Assembly: GCA_026416845.1 (NCBI GenBank)
Contig: JAOAEL010000006.1
Span: 390 to 64,389 of the forward strand
Direction: 5' to 3'
Source of the DNA: Patescibacteria group bacterium
Lineage (GTDB): Bacteria; Patescibacteriota; Microgenomatia; UBA8517
DNA length: 64,000 nt
The notes beneath the pieces were generated by a model. The model had not been told where the DNA came from. It saw nothing but the letters and a program-made list of their open reading frames with translations, and made no database searches. Positions 9,579 through 20,450 of the stretch are shown here, piece after piece (position 1 is the stretch's first letter; each line of letters begins with the position of its first letter). Made by a program: the position numbers and the translations under genes.

Positions 9579-9652
9579 TGGCTGCCCGGCAGGGACTCGA
9601 ACCCCAATTAAAGGCTCCAAAGGCCTCTGTCCTACCGTTAGACGACCGGGCA
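9579..9652 (-). tRNA. tRNA-Gln(TTG), CCA encoded
   Basis: Cloverleaf; anticodon arm GAGGC-CTTTGGA-GCCTT; GTTCGAGTC T-loop. Confidence 0.95.
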
Positions 9653-9868
9653 ATGATATCGCCACTTACAACAAACAAACTTATTAGACTAAATTTTCGT
9701 GATCCTTCCTTAGAATTACAATTTAATTATTTAATTTACGAGAACTTACTCAAACAAAATATAAACTACTGAAGTATTTTAGCAGAATTGTATTTAATAA
9801 AAAATTGGTGACGTTTGTATTAAGTAGCTTAATTTCTGTCTACTTGTTAACACAGACAATCAAAATTT

Positions 9869-9943
9869 TGGTGAGCCCGGCAGGGATCGAACCTGCGACA
9901 GTCTCCTTAAAAGGGAGCCGCTCTACCGCTGAGCTACGGGCCC
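9869..9943 (-). tRNA. tRNA-Lys(TTT), CCA encoded
   Basis: GGGCCCG/CGGGCTC acceptor; anticodon loop CTTTTAA. Confidence 0.95.
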
Positions 9944-10129
9944 ATTAATATAAAACTTAACACAAACAACAAAATCCTAAATTTATGCAAGTTCAAAAAC
10001 AAAATTTTTCCTAAAGTTTCCCGATATGACAAAAGAAAAACACTGACAAAGTATTTTATCACGCAAAACAAGCTTAAATCCACTATATTATTGCACTTTC
10101 ATTCATCAAAAAAGATATAATTATCTTAA

Positions 10130-11072
10130 GTGATCAAAAAAATTTTTTATTGGCTTTATTATTATGTATAATTTTTTTAATTTTGCCAAAAGAAATTTTG
10201 GCAAAAGATTACTCCATAAAAAATACTAATATTGAAATCAAACTTTTACCCGACGGATCCGCAAGATTTTCTGAAACTCGCACTTATCACTTTAATGGCT
10301 CTTTTTCACGGGCAGAACAATGGATACCACTCACTCCAAGATGCCAAAACTGTGTCATTTACAAAATAAAAGATATATCCTTCAGAAACGAATCGCAAAT
10401 TTATAGTTTAGACAGATCCAACAACCCAAACACTTTTTACGATAAAATAGGAGAAAATTTTCATATCAAGTGGCGCTATTCAGCTCACAACACAGCAAAA
10501 ACTTTCACACCTAATTACACGATAGAAAATGCCATAACCAATCACCTGGATATTTCAGAATTTTATTGGCAGGCAATTGGCAATAAATGGGGAGAAGAGG
10601 CATAAAAAGCAATTGAGTTATAAGTTTTTAATACTAAGTTTGAGATGCAAGTGTTTATTTACCTGAAGCAGTGTTACAACAAACAAATGTATGCTTACCA
10701 ACATAACCTGCTGAACGGCAAAGTTGCAATTGCAAATAATCGCAAAGTAAATTTGTGGCAAATAACTTGCAATCCGATAAATTCTTTGAAGTTAGAGTGC
10801 TGTCTCCAAAATTGCAAAGCACCTTGCATGCACAAAAAAGAAATTATCAACTAGGACAAAACACGAGTAATAAATTTTTGGAACAACTTCAAAACATTTA
10901 CTTATTCAATTTGCCTGGCGCAAACAATATCAATTTCATCATGACAAACCTTACAAACGGATTTAGCTTATTCTCTACCATCAATTATGGAACCTCCGGC
11001 TTTGGGAGTTCTGGCAGATTTTCTGAAAGTGCATGCGGCAGTGACAGAGATGAAAGAGGAAGAGCATGGTAA
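10130..11072 (+). pseudogene. DUF2207-family membrane protein, fragmented
   Basis: DYSI....I.L.PDGS....ETRTY.F.G.F N-terminus and EFYWQAIG; premature stop at 10605; frameshifted pieces ending in an eroded Gly-rich ...GRAW tail. Confidence 0.75.
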
Positions 11073-11166
11073 GAATACACCACTATAAAATTTGAACAAT
11101 AAAAAAATATATAATTCCAATTAATAAACTCCCAAACTTTTCTTAACAAAATACACCATTAAACAA

Positions 11167-12099
11167 TTAGAAAGTTTTACTTCGCCTCTGCGCAAGTTTC
11201 AACTCTTCTAAAACCGAGTAAGGCACCTTCCTTGAATAATTGCGAAAGCCAAGATCAATAAATTTACCCATAAGAGATTCGTCATCGTGATGGAAATCCG
11301 ATCCCCCACTAATAACTAGACCTTTTTCTCTTGCAAACTTAGTAAATTCATCTATATGCTGAACTTCTACATCTCCATTGCTTCTATCATACTGTACATT
11401 AATTGCTTCAAATCCATCTATCCCCCAATTTATAAACTTATTACACAATGAGTTGAAATCTTCTCCAGCCATTATGTTAAAACTTGGATGTGCCAAAATT
11501 GCTAAACCTTTAGCATTCTTTATAGTCTCTATGGCTTGCTTAGGATGTAAATGCCGTTGTCCACTAACATATGCTGGCTTGCCTTTTATAAGCCATGCTT
11601 CACAAAAACTGCCTTCTGTCGGAACTTTGCCAAATTCTTTTATTAATCTTGTTCTATTCTTTTCACAACCTAAAACAGCTCTTGAAATATGCGCTTTAGT
11701 TATAGTGCCAGGCTCATTGAACAACATCTCCCGATCTATCTCCCAACCATAACTATTTAATAAATCACAAACTAAACTTGCCTCTTTAATACGATCCTCG
11801 TTCAACAAATTCGTAAGATTATTGAGATCAGCACTGTTTAAATCGATAAGCAAACCAAGAATGTGATATTTATTGGAATCTTCATCCCTGGTCGAAAACT
11901 CTACACCAGGAACTAGTTCTATCTCTAATTTATCCGCCAAATTAAACAATTGTGGAGAATATGCTTTTACAGTATCATGGTCAGTAATAGATATAGCCAC
12001 GAGACCATAAGCTTTAGCCTTATTAAGCAATTGTTCAGGTGTAAACGTCCCATCCGAATAAATCGTATGCGTGTGCAAATCTATAAACCTTTTCAACAT
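11167..12099 (-). CDS. PHP-domain phosphoesterase (YciV/TrpH-like)
   Basis: DLHTHT.YSDG, ITDHD, PGVEFS, HILG, LAHP, GGSDFH. Confidence 0.92.
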   Translation of the reverse strand: MLKRFIDLHTHTIYSDGTFTPEQLLNKAKAYGLVAISITDHDTVKAYSPQLFNLADKLEIELVPGVEFSTRDEDSNKYHILGLLIDLNSADLNNLTNLLNEDRIKEASLVCDLLNSYGWEIDREMLFNEPGTITKAHISRAVLGCEKNRTRLIKEFGKVPTEGSFCEAWLIKGKPAYVSGQRHLHPKQAIETIKNAKGLAILAHPSFNIMAGEDFNSLCNKFINWGIDGFEAINVQYDRSNGDVEVQHIDEFTKFAREKGLVISGGSDFHHDDESLMGKFIDLGFRNYSRKVPYSVLEELKLAQRRSKTF

Positions 12100-12122
12100 T
12101 TTAAAACAGTAAGTCAAATAAA

Positions 12123-13235
12123 TTACCAACTTTCAATTCTGTCTTTTAACACATCACGCACCTTTTGGTAAGATAAAAGCCGTGTAAAACGTGGCGAAGA
12201 ACCAGCAACAAAATCAATTATCTGATCAAGAGTATACCTTCCCTTGAGAAATCTTCTAGTTGAAGCAATTTTTTCGGCTAACTCTTCATCTCTAAGCTCT
12301 ATAGAGGTGAAAGAGAAAACAAAATCTACCCAAAAATTGATATCATGGTCTTCCCAAACAGAATGTAAAGCTCTACTACGTATGAATACCTTAGGTTCTC
12401 CGCCAGAGACTAAATCTAATAATTTTAAAACTTCATCTCTGCGCCATATATGAACATCAACAGGCACTTTCATATCTGGGATAGAACCTTCATTCAAAGC
12501 AAGCAACGCCTTTCTGGTTCTTTCTACCGAGTCTCTAATGTTTATGTCTGACTGAATATATCCTAAACTTTTGAGAACCTCTTGTATTTTTAACTCAGTA
12601 TCAACAGTAGGATTATCAACAATTGTCACTACATCTAAATCCGGAACTGCCCTAAAAATATCACGAGGTTTAAGATTTACTAATTTGCAAGGCTTACAGA
12701 ACGTTTTTAAATCAGGCAATTGATTTTCCATTTGGCAACGCGGACATATCCAGCCATCCGGATTTGCAAGCATATCTTGATCCAAATAACTTTTTATTAA
12801 ATCCAAAAAATTATAAATTTCTGGAACACTTATTGGAGATTTATCCTTTTCAGTAATAACATAAAAAGGATAACCTAAACCAGCTACTCCTACCACACCC
12901 GGAACTTCTAACAAATTTTTTGCTACTTCATGACTTTCTTGAAGCAAATACTCTACTACCTCTTTTGAACCTCCGTAAAAACGCCTAGTTAATTCTAGGA
13001 CTTCGGACAAAACAGCGTGAGACATTGGCGGAATACTATCAGGCTTAATTTTATTGGCTTCTTGAATGAGGATACCAATTGCGGTGTCAACTTGCTTTTC
13101 TAAAGAATCTACTCTAGAAACTAAACTAAGATTCTCAACAACAGAAAACCTAGGAGCATCAACTAATTTGTCACCCAGACTTTTATCCAGATTTTCTGGC
13201 AAAGCTGAATTATCAACTAACAGAGAGTCTTGCAT
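12123..13235 (-). CDS. putative Pol-beta-superfamily nucleotidyltransferase with inserted Zn ribbon
   Basis: PGVVGVAGLG, CPRC..CKPC, PDLDVVTIVD (DxD), VPVDVHIW. Confidence 0.55.
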   Translation of the reverse strand: MQDSLLVDNSALPENLDKSLGDKLVDAPRFSVVENLSLVSRVDSLEKQVDTAIGILIQEANKIKPDSIPPMSHAVLSEVLELTRRFYGGSKEVVEYLLQESHEVAKNLLEVPGVVGVAGLGYPFYVITEKDKSPISVPEIYNFLDLIKSYLDQDMLANPDGWICPRCQMENQLPDLKTFCKPCKLVNLKPRDIFRAVPDLDVVTIVDNPTVDTELKIQEVLKSLGYIQSDINIRDSVERTRKALLALNEGSIPDMKVPVDVHIWRRDEVLKLLDLVSGGEPKVFIRSRALHSVWEDHDINFWVDFVFSFTSIELRDEELAEKIASTRRFLKGRYTLDQIIDFVAGSSPRFTRLLSYQKVRDVLKDRIESW

Positions 13236-13244
13236 ATAAATAAC

Positions 13245-13481
13245 CTAAACCTTCTCGTCATCTTTTGATAAATTATCAATAATTTGCCGAATAATAAATA
13301 AACGACTTAAAGACATCACAATTGCTCTATAACGATCTTCATTACTTTGAAAATTTCCAGAACCTGGCACAACACTAACTGTCTTATTATATTTTTCATA
13401 TAACATTAACTCTTCTAGAACATTCAACATATTTGACAAATCTTCTAAACTTAGATCGTTTGGTTGTTTTTCTAAAGACAT
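13245..13481 (-). CDS. small hypothetical protein
   Basis: 78 aa ATG ORF 9 bp upstream of the next gene, operon-like. Confidence 0.6.
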   Translation of the reverse strand: MSLEKQPNDLSLEDLSNMLNVLEELMLYEKYNKTVSVVPGSGNFQSNEDRYRAIVMSLSRLFIIRQIIDNLSKDDEKV

Positions 13482-13771
13482 AACTGATCAGTAACCTTAT
13501 CCAAAACCAAAAATTAGATTAATATTAGCACAATTCTCAACCTGTTTGTCAAATCAAAATAGCTACTTCGTTTATTTTTAAAAATTCGGAAACAAGATAT
13601 CACACTAGAATTACAGTACCGCATGAAATTGAAAAGATTGTTTGAATAATTAGATTACCAATAACCAAAACTAAAATTTGATAAATTATTTTTTACTAAC
13701 ATAAATAAAACAACTTTATTGTCTAAGAAATAATTTTAATAATTAAATTGTACCACAAATCGAAATCTTAA

Positions 13772-14413
13772 TTATCTCGTTTTTCTATATCTTTTCACAT
13801 AGGACCATACAATCACTGCCAAAACCGCCACAAATAAGAGTATTTTCCCAATGTCTTCATAACTTTCAAATCCCTGTGTAAGCTGTTTGTAATTTCCCAC
13901 TCCCGCAAATCCAAGATAAAGATACATTAAATCTTTGACATAAGTTCCCGCAAAAGTGGATGTAATATACGTTTTCTGGTTTAGTTTGATGATGCCACAC
14001 GCGATAGAAACAGGAGCACTGGGAATAATAGGAAGAGCTCTTGCGATAAACAAAAAAACATTGTCTTTCCAACTCCCATCAAGCTTTGCCCCAATGCTCT
14101 CAATTTCCTTGTGAGTAATACCCACAAATTTGCCAAATTTTGAGACTAAAACATCTTCCATTTTGTCAGCTATAAAATACAAAACATAGGCTCCCAAAGT
14201 TTTACCAGTAGCTCCCAAAAGAGCAAGCCAGAAAATGATAACAAGAGGCTTGTCTTGCGAATTGGCAATAGTGCCGGCAAGAGTCATCACCAAAGGGGAT
14301 GGAATGGGCGCCAAAATTTCTTCAAAAAAAGATCCCAAAAACACATAAATTTCAAGAGGAACTTGATGCGCAATCTGTTCCAGATACTCAATAATTTTGC
14401 TAAAAATATCCAT
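13772..14413 (-). CDS. DedA/VTT family membrane protein
   Basis: FFEEILAPIPS..VM..AG, ARALPIIP...S..CG. Confidence 0.9.
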   Translation of the reverse strand: MDIFSKIIEYLEQIAHQVPLEIYVFLGSFFEEILAPIPSPLVMTLAGTIANSQDKPLVIIFWLALLGATGKTLGAYVLYFIADKMEDVLVSKFGKFVGITHKEIESIGAKLDGSWKDNVFLFIARALPIIPSAPVSIACGIIKLNQKTYITSTFAGTYVKDLMYLYLGFAGVGNYKQLTQGFESYEDIGKILLFVAVLAVIVWSYVKRYRKTR

Positions 14414-14575
14414 CAGAACTTAATGTTATGTCAATGTGGTTTATAGTTGCAAGTATAAAGAAGTTGGCAATGAAATCGAAAAAGTTTAAAAACAATTTTT
14501 GATACATGCATTTCACACCTTGATGAGGGGAAAGACAATCAAAATCAAAAGTGTTATATTTTTATATATTAAAGT

Positions 14576-14895
14576 ATGGGCAAATCAGACCTAAAATCAA
14601 TTGGTAGCAAATCAGAAATAGATTCGCCTGAAAAATCCTCAAGCAACACCTAAACTTTTAGAAACAAGAGCGACTGACAGCAAACCTGTAGCAGAAATTG
14701 CAAATCAACTTATCAAAAATTGATCAAGTCAAAGTTCGTATGCAACCATGAACTTCAGAGTTAGACAAAGAATATCAAGAAGCATTCAGATATTTATATG
14801 AAGCCAAAAAAACACAAATGTACGACGGGGCAGAAGAGACTGAAAAAGACTCCCAATTCAAAGAATAGTTCAACAGGTTGGCGAAACAAATTTAA
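14576..14895 (+). pseudogene. decayed ORF remnant
   Basis: ATG then protein-like segments in different frames (SKPVAEIANQLIK; ELDKEYQEAFRYLYEAKKTQMYDGAEETEKDSQF) with stops. Confidence 0.4.
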
Positions 14896-15192
14896 TTTCT
14901 AATATTTGGCAATTTTTATACGTACAAACTTAGCCCGGCATCTGAGTATCTAACCAAATACACAAATTAAAAATTTATAAAAACAACCAAACTCGGAGCT
15001 TATAAAAAGCTTTATGCCTAAAAGAGAAAGCACAAACTAAAATCCAATAAAAAAAAGATATGGTAAATTTATCAATGAATCAAAAAGTGGAAGTTAGAAT
15101 TGATAATTCGATCAAAAAAGTTAACAAATTTGGTCAAACTTTTTGCAATCAAATTCGGTTTGTGTTGCAAGATATAAACATTAATCCTTTTG

Positions 15193-15264
15193 TGACCCCA
15201 CGGGGAATCGAACCCCGGTTACAGGGATGAAAGCCCTGTGTCCTAACCGCTAGACGATGGGGCC
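15193..15264 (-). tRNA. tRNA-Glu(TTC), CCA not encoded
   Basis: GGCCCCA/TGGGGTC acceptor; CAGGG-CTTTCAT-CCCTG anticodon arm. Confidence 0.95.
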
Positions 15265-15401
15265 AATTGTTTTTTCACTCAAGCTAAAATTTAATTGCCA
15301 AAATAACTAAAAAACAAAACCATCAGTAAAAAGTATTCTAGCATTTTAATTGTTTTAATGCTATTTATTTAGCAAAAATTTAGACAAAATTTTCATAAAA
15401 A

Positions 15402-15947
15402 ATGTACAATTTAAAAATGAAATTAAACGCTAAACAACTCAGAAAACTTGATAAAAGTAAAATGCCAATGTCAGAAATCAAAAGAAGCCCAATTTTATTG
15501 ATCCTTGATAATGTTTTGGATACCTACAACATAGGCTCGCTTTTTAGACTAGCAGACGCGATAGCGGCAGAAAAATTGTATATTTGCGGAAACTCTGAAT
15601 ACCCCCCGTCTTCAAAAATCCACAAAGCCGCGGTAGGAACAGAATCTTATGTAGCTTGGGAAAAACACGACAGCGCACTAGAAGTAATTAAAACTTTAAA
15701 AAACAAAGGCACACAAATAATATCTGTGGAACAAAATCCAAAATCAATAGACTACAAAATGCTAACTAAAAATTTAGTAAAATTTCCATGCGCCATTGTA
15801 GTTGGTCATGAAAGCAGTGGCGTATCAGAAGAAGTGCTTAAAGAAAGCGATATTATAGTTGAGCTACCAATGCTTGGAGTTAACAAATCTTTTAATGTAT
15901 GGGGATCAGCGGCTGTTGTCTGCTATAAGATATTAGAATTCATGTAA
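15402..15947 (+). CDS. SpoU/TrmH family RNA methyltransferase
   Basis: LILDNV...NIGSLFR.ADA, VGHESSGVS, LPMLG.NKSFNV. Confidence 0.92.
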   Translation: MYNLKMKLNAKQLRKLDKSKMPMSEIKRSPILLILDNVLDTYNIGSLFRLADAIAAEKLYICGNSEYPPSSKIHKAAVGTESYVAWEKHDSALEVIKTLKNKGTQIISVEQNPKSIDYKMLTKNLVKFPCAIVVGHESSGVSEEVLKESDIIVELPMLGVNKSFNVWGSAAVVCYKILEFM

Positions 15948-15961
15948 ATAGTTTATACTGC

Positions 15962-16876
15962 TTACTCCCCAAGAGCAGATTTAACCGCTGGTTCCATTTG
16001 GGTATAACTGTAAGCACCGGCAAATTTTGTGGTGTTTACAAAAAACGCAGGTGTGCCTGAAACTCCCAAAGAACGGGCAATTGCCATTTCAGAAGAAGGC
16101 CTGTTGTCATACTTGCCACTTTCAAGACAAGACTTCATGTCTGAAAGGTTGACAGCACTTGCCAAAAAATCTGCAAGTTCTTTTGCTTTTGATTTGTCAT
16201 TTTTAACCACATTGTTAAGCAATTCATAGCCTTTGTTGGAATACAAAAGATCATGCGCTTGCCAAAACTTTCCTTTTTCATTAGCACACAAAAGCGCTTT
16301 GTGCCCCATTTCTCCATTGCCATGTCCATCAGAAAAGATATAAACAAGAGAAGCTTTTTTAGAATCAACCAACTTTTTTATTTCAGTCATTGGAGGGACA
16401 TACGTTCCTCCCTCAGAAACCGATTTGAATTGTGAATACCTAGAATCAGATTCAATCAATTTATTAACAAGCTCAGGATTTTTGCCGCCAGCTATATGAC
16501 AAAAAGGGCAACTTGGATCTTCAACGACAACAAACGTAAGCTTTGAATTTTTATCTCCAAAAGTAAGCAACTTTTGATCAAACAATTTTTTAATTTGATC
16601 TTTGGTTACATTAACTTGCTCTTGTTGTTGATTAGCTTGCTGTTGCACGTTAGAATTTGCGGCTGTTTTTCCTTTCTCAAGCGATGAAACTTTCTCCCAC
16701 AAAATACCAGCAATAAATGACAAAACAATAGCAAAAAGAGTTAAAACAGGAACTAACCTTTCCAACAAAGAAAATTTTTTAGGTTGCTCTAATAAAGAAC
16801 TACCACTAAGATCGTCATACTTAGAGGATAAATCTAAGCTTGTTGCTTTTGTAGATGTTTTTTTCTTTACCGCCAT
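15962..16876 (-). CDS. membrane-anchored DsbA-family oxidoreductase
   Basis: TM helix, DPSCPFC, GVSGTPAFFVN. Confidence 0.9.
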   Translation of the reverse strand: MAVKKKTSTKATSLDLSSKYDDLSGSSLLEQPKKFSLLERLVPVLTLFAIVLSFIAGILWEKVSSLEKGKTAANSNVQQQANQQQEQVNVTKDQIKKLFDQKLLTFGDKNSKLTFVVVEDPSCPFCHIAGGKNPELVNKLIESDSRYSQFKSVSEGGTYVPPMTEIKKLVDSKKASLVYIFSDGHGNGEMGHKALLCANEKGKFWQAHDLLYSNKGYELLNNVVKNDKSKAKELADFLASAVNLSDMKSCLESGKYDNRPSSEMAIARSLGVSGTPAFFVNTTKFAGAYSYTQMEPAVKSALGE

Positions 16877-16938
16877 TTCACTTATTTAAAAATACTTGCA
16901 CTTTTGATATTTTGCTTTGATAAAGCAACTTTGTCAAC

Positions 16939-17904
16939 CTACCAAGTTGGAATATTTTTATCCAGATACAAAAGAGCGTCCATTGCAGCCATACACCCAA
17001 AACCTGCTGAAGTTATAGCTTGTCTATAGTAAGCATCTTGTATTTCTCCAGCAGCAAAAACACCTTCGACGCTTGTTTTCGTATTGTCATGAACAATAAT
17101 ATAACCACGCTCATCAATATCAACCTGGCCAACAAAAAGTTCGCTTGCCGGCGTATGCCCAATAGCTATAAAAATGCCATTTACCAAAAGCTCGCCTTCT
17201 TCGTAAGTTTTATTGTTTTTTATCTTAAGTTTTTCAACCACACTAGACCCCATAATTTCGATCACTTCAGTATTCCATAAAAATTCTATCCTTGCGTTTT
17301 TTCTTGCCTTCTCTTGCATAGCAAATGATGCTCTGAATTGATCTCTTCTATGAATCACATAAACTTTGCTTGCGTATTTTGTTAAAACCAAAGCTTCTGT
17401 TAATGCGGAATCGCCACCGCCAACAACCGCCACAATTTTGTCTTTGTAAAAAGGAGCGTCGCATGGAGCGCAAGTGGCAACACCTCTGCCTAAAAATTCT
17501 TGCTCACCGGAAATGCCAAGCCATTTATTTCTTGCCCCTGTTGCAATTATCACAGAATTTGATCTAATAGCTTCATCTGTATAAATCTCAAAAGGCTTTT
17601 TTTTGAAATCTACCCTTACAACGTTTTTCTCAACAAACTCAGCGCCAAATCTTTCAGCTTGGAACCGCATCCTATCCATTAACTCTGGGCCTTGAATTCC
17701 TTCATGAAATCCGGGGAAATTGTCAACCACAGTGGTTAACTTTAGTTGCCCTCCCCAATTCTCGCCACCTAAAATAATGGTAGACGCCGCTCCACGAGTA
17801 GTGTAAATCGCAGCCGTCAAAGCAGAAGGTCCCGAACCTATTATTGCAACATCCCATGTTTCTCCTTTTTTAGGTTTTTGGGCAAACTCCAATTTCTCAA
17901 ACAT
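16939..17904 (-). CDS. trxB: thioredoxin reductase
   Basis: IIGSGP, CAPCD redox motif, VGGGDSA, HRRD. Confidence 0.96.
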   Translation of the reverse strand: MFEKLEFAQKPKKGETWDVAIIGSGPSALTAAIYTTRGAASTIILGGENWGGQLKLTTVVDNFPGFHEGIQGPELMDRMRFQAERFGAEFVEKNVVRVDFKKKPFEIYTDEAIRSNSVIIATGARNKWLGISGEQEFLGRGVATCAPCDAPFYKDKIVAVVGGGDSALTEALVLTKYASKVYVIHRRDQFRASFAMQEKARKNARIEFLWNTEVIEIMGSSVVEKLKIKNNKTYEEGELLVNGIFIAIGHTPASELFVGQVDIDERGYIIVHDNTKTSVEGVFAAGEIQDAYYRQAITSAGFGCMAAMDALLYLDKNIPTW

Positions 17905-18043
17905 AATTTTAATCTTAAAAAGATACTCAAGTTAGATTAAAGAAAATCAAAACCTTTATCAACTGCTGACTTGCCAAAAAATCAAAACGGCAAAATGGAG
18001 CAATTTTTAAACATCACCTGTGAACCAAAAATTACAAATCGAG

Positions 18044-18319
18044 TTAACTTTGATCCGAAGAATTTGTCTTGCTAAAACCTGAGCTTTCAACCACAGAAAT
18101 TTGCTGATTATCATATGATTGAGGCTGATCAACAACTTCCGCAGTCTCTTTTGGTTGAGAAATCAAGCCTTCATTAGAAAAAATATTGTTAGCAGAGAAA
18201 CTACCATCTTGGCTAACATCCACTGTAGGATCAGGAGCAACAGCAGGCTCATCAATCAAAGTAAAAGAAGACAATTGGGAAATTAAATTTGTGTTTTGCT
18301 GATTTTTATTGGGATCCAT
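18044..18319 (-). CDS. low-complexity acidic hypothetical protein, possibly truncated
   Basis: 91 aa ORF MDPNKNQ..., between trxA and trxB. Confidence 0.45.
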   Translation of the reverse strand: MDPNKNQQNTNLISQLSSFTLIDEPAVAPDPTVDVSQDGSFSANNIFSNEGLISQPKETAEVVDQPQSYDNQQISVVESSGFSKTNSSDQS

Positions 18320-18398
18320 TAAATTTGGTTTGTTATTACTAGAATAAGATCGGGAGAGGAAACTTGTTGAAAAAAAATTGAACCGAAATGCGTAAAAA

Positions 18399-18725
18399 TT
18401 ATAAAGCCTTTTTTATCAAATTTTCAAATGCTTGTTTCCCGGCAAAACCAACTTGCCTACCTATTTCTTTCCCATTCTGAAAAAGGATTGCAGTTGGAAT
18501 AGACATAACACCAAACTGACTAGCATATTTTTGCTGTTCGTCAACATTTAGTTTAACTATCAAAACTTTGTCTTTGTACTCTTCTGAAAGTTGTTCTAGA
18601 ACTGGTCCTGCCATTTGGCATGGCCCACACCACGGAGCCCAGAAATCAACCAAAACAGGAACTTGAGACTGCAAAACTTTTTCTTCAAAAGTATCGTCTG
18701 TTATATCAACCGCCGCCATAAACAT
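18399..18725 (-). CDS. trxA: thioredoxin
   Basis: VDFWAPWCGPC, SIPT. Confidence 0.97.
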   Translation of the reverse strand: MFMAAVDITDDTFEEKVLQSQVPVLVDFWAPWCGPCQMAGPVLEQLSEEYKDKVLIVKLNVDEQQKYASQFGVMSIPTAILFQNGKEIGRQVGFAGKQAFENLIKKAL

Positions 18726-18826
18726 TTCTCACTATATATACCAAGCTATAGTTCGTCAATAACTTCTTGGCAAACGGTAAACAAGGATCCAAACGGCAAT
18801 CTTGCTTGGGTATCAAAGAGTGTCAA

Positions 18827-20449
18827 TTATATGGATAACCTTATATTATTTTTGATCAAATACCAATCAGCCCTTACCAGATATTCAAACACCAAAGCCA
18901 CAAATGGATCCTGGTAAAGAGGACTTCTGTCTTCTTCCATCATTTTCATAATTTCTCCCACATCTATCAATCCATAAAAGGCAAGAACAGAATTTTGCAT
19001 TACCCAAGAGATCAACCTTTTTTGATGTCTTGGAAAACCCAAAGCAAAATCTGTGCCTCCTTTTTTGGGAATAAACATCTCAGGAATAAATATATGGTCA
19101 AGACACCTAAAATAAGCCTGCTTACTATCCCAAGACGTTTCTTCTTTTAATCTCATTCCCAAAGACAACACTCTTAAGTCTAAATACGGAGAAATCAGAC
19201 GCCTACCAAAATTCCTGTAAATTTGATCTGTCAAAATTGATTCTCCTAAATGAATATCTGAATAAAAACAAGGGTAATCGCCACGACTGTTAAATCTGTC
19301 TCTGCTCAACAAAAGCTCAACCCCTTTTTTGCTCCACAATAATTTGTGCTTGTCTTTCTTCAACCACCTGACATTGTCAAAATAACTCATCTGACGACAA
19401 TACTTGCCTGCCCAGAAAAACCCTTTGATAGAGTAAAGTTCATCACCGTGTTGACCGGTAAAAAGCAAATTGGGCGCATATTTTTCTAAAAACCTGATAT
19501 ATCCTCCAAAATAATCAGCATGAAGTTGCAAAAGACTGTCATCTTCCCAAAGTTCAAAATAATCCTTGGCATAACCAGCATCCGGAACCAACTCAACCGT
19601 TCTTAATTTTAAGGAATGCTTGCTTACAAATTTTTGGATAATTTCCAAACTTTCCGTGCCATAACCCTGTGGAAAATGAAAGGAATAACAATAAAAATTA
19701 TCAGGGCCAATAAGCTTGGATAAAATGTAAGCAACTATCGTACAATCAAAACCGCTTGAAACTTCACAACCAATTTCAACACCTCTTGGTATCTTCTCCA
19801 ACCGACGAGCTACAGAATCTGTTAGCACATCTTCAAGAGCTTTTGCAAATTCTTTATCACTTGCCAATTCTTCTTTGGAAACACTGTCAAAAAATTTGTC
19901 TATATCGATACAAGAACTTATTTTGCAAGAAACAGAACCCTCAAAATTAAATTCCGCAACACAACCGGGTGAAACCAATTTTACAGACTCCAAAAGAGTT
20001 TTATCGGTAACATGAAAAGCATTTGTAGCATAAGTAAGTAGTCCATCCAAATCTGCCACTAAGGGTCCGAATTTAGAAACAACATCTTTAATCAGGCCAA
20101 AGTCAGAAGTGAAAAAAACCTTGCCGCGGAATATGCTAAAATAACAAGGTAAGCTTGCCGTATTGTCCACCCCAACTCTTAGAATCTTTTTTCTTTTATC
20201 CCAAACAAATAAGAGGTATTCACAATCACTATTGGCTATTCGACTAAATCCATATTCTTGCAATTCACTAGTTAAATTGTTTTCATAAATTCTAAGATAG
20301 GAATCATAACTCGAAAAATAGCCCCACACAGTCAGTTCTTTGTTGTTAACAAAAACACGCGTTGGCAAAACAGCACTTTTAAGCTCTTTATAACAATCTT
20401 CAAAAGAGCTATTTTCAGGAGAAAAAGTAAAATTAAAATTGGTGTTCAT
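18827..20449 (-). CDS. asparagine-synthetase-like ATP-dependent amide ligase (lasso-cyclase-like); likely start MNTNFNF
   Basis: PP-loop EVSSGFDCT, LFTGQHGDELY, SPYLD; degenerate N-terminal glutaminase domain with no Cys1. Confidence 0.85.
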   Translation of the reverse strand: MNTNFNFTFSPENSSFEDCYKELKSAVLPTRVFVNNKELTVWGYFSSYDSYLRIYENNLTSELQEYGFSRIANSDCEYLLFVWDKRKKILRVGVDNTASLPCYFSIFRGKVFFTSDFGLIKDVVSKFGPLVADLDGLLTYATNAFHVTDKTLLESVKLVSPGCVAEFNFEGSVSCKISSCIDIDKFFDSVSKEELASDKEFAKALEDVLTDSVARRLEKIPRGVEIGCEVSSGFDCTIVAYILSKLIGPDNFYCYSFHFPQGYGTESLEIIQKFVSKHSLKLRTVELVPDAGYAKDYFELWEDDSLLQLHADYFGGYIRFLEKYAPNLLFTGQHGDELYSIKGFFWAGKYCRQMSYFDNVRWLKKDKHKLLWSKKGVELLLSRDRFNSRGDYPCFYSDIHLGESILTDQIYRNFGRRLISPYLDLRVLSLGMRLKEETSWDSKQAYFRCLDHIFIPEMFIPKKGGTDFALGFPRHQKRLISWVMQNSVLAFYGLIDVGEIMKMMEEDRSPLYQDPFVALVFEYLVRADWYLIKNNIRLSI

Positions 20450-20450
20450 A

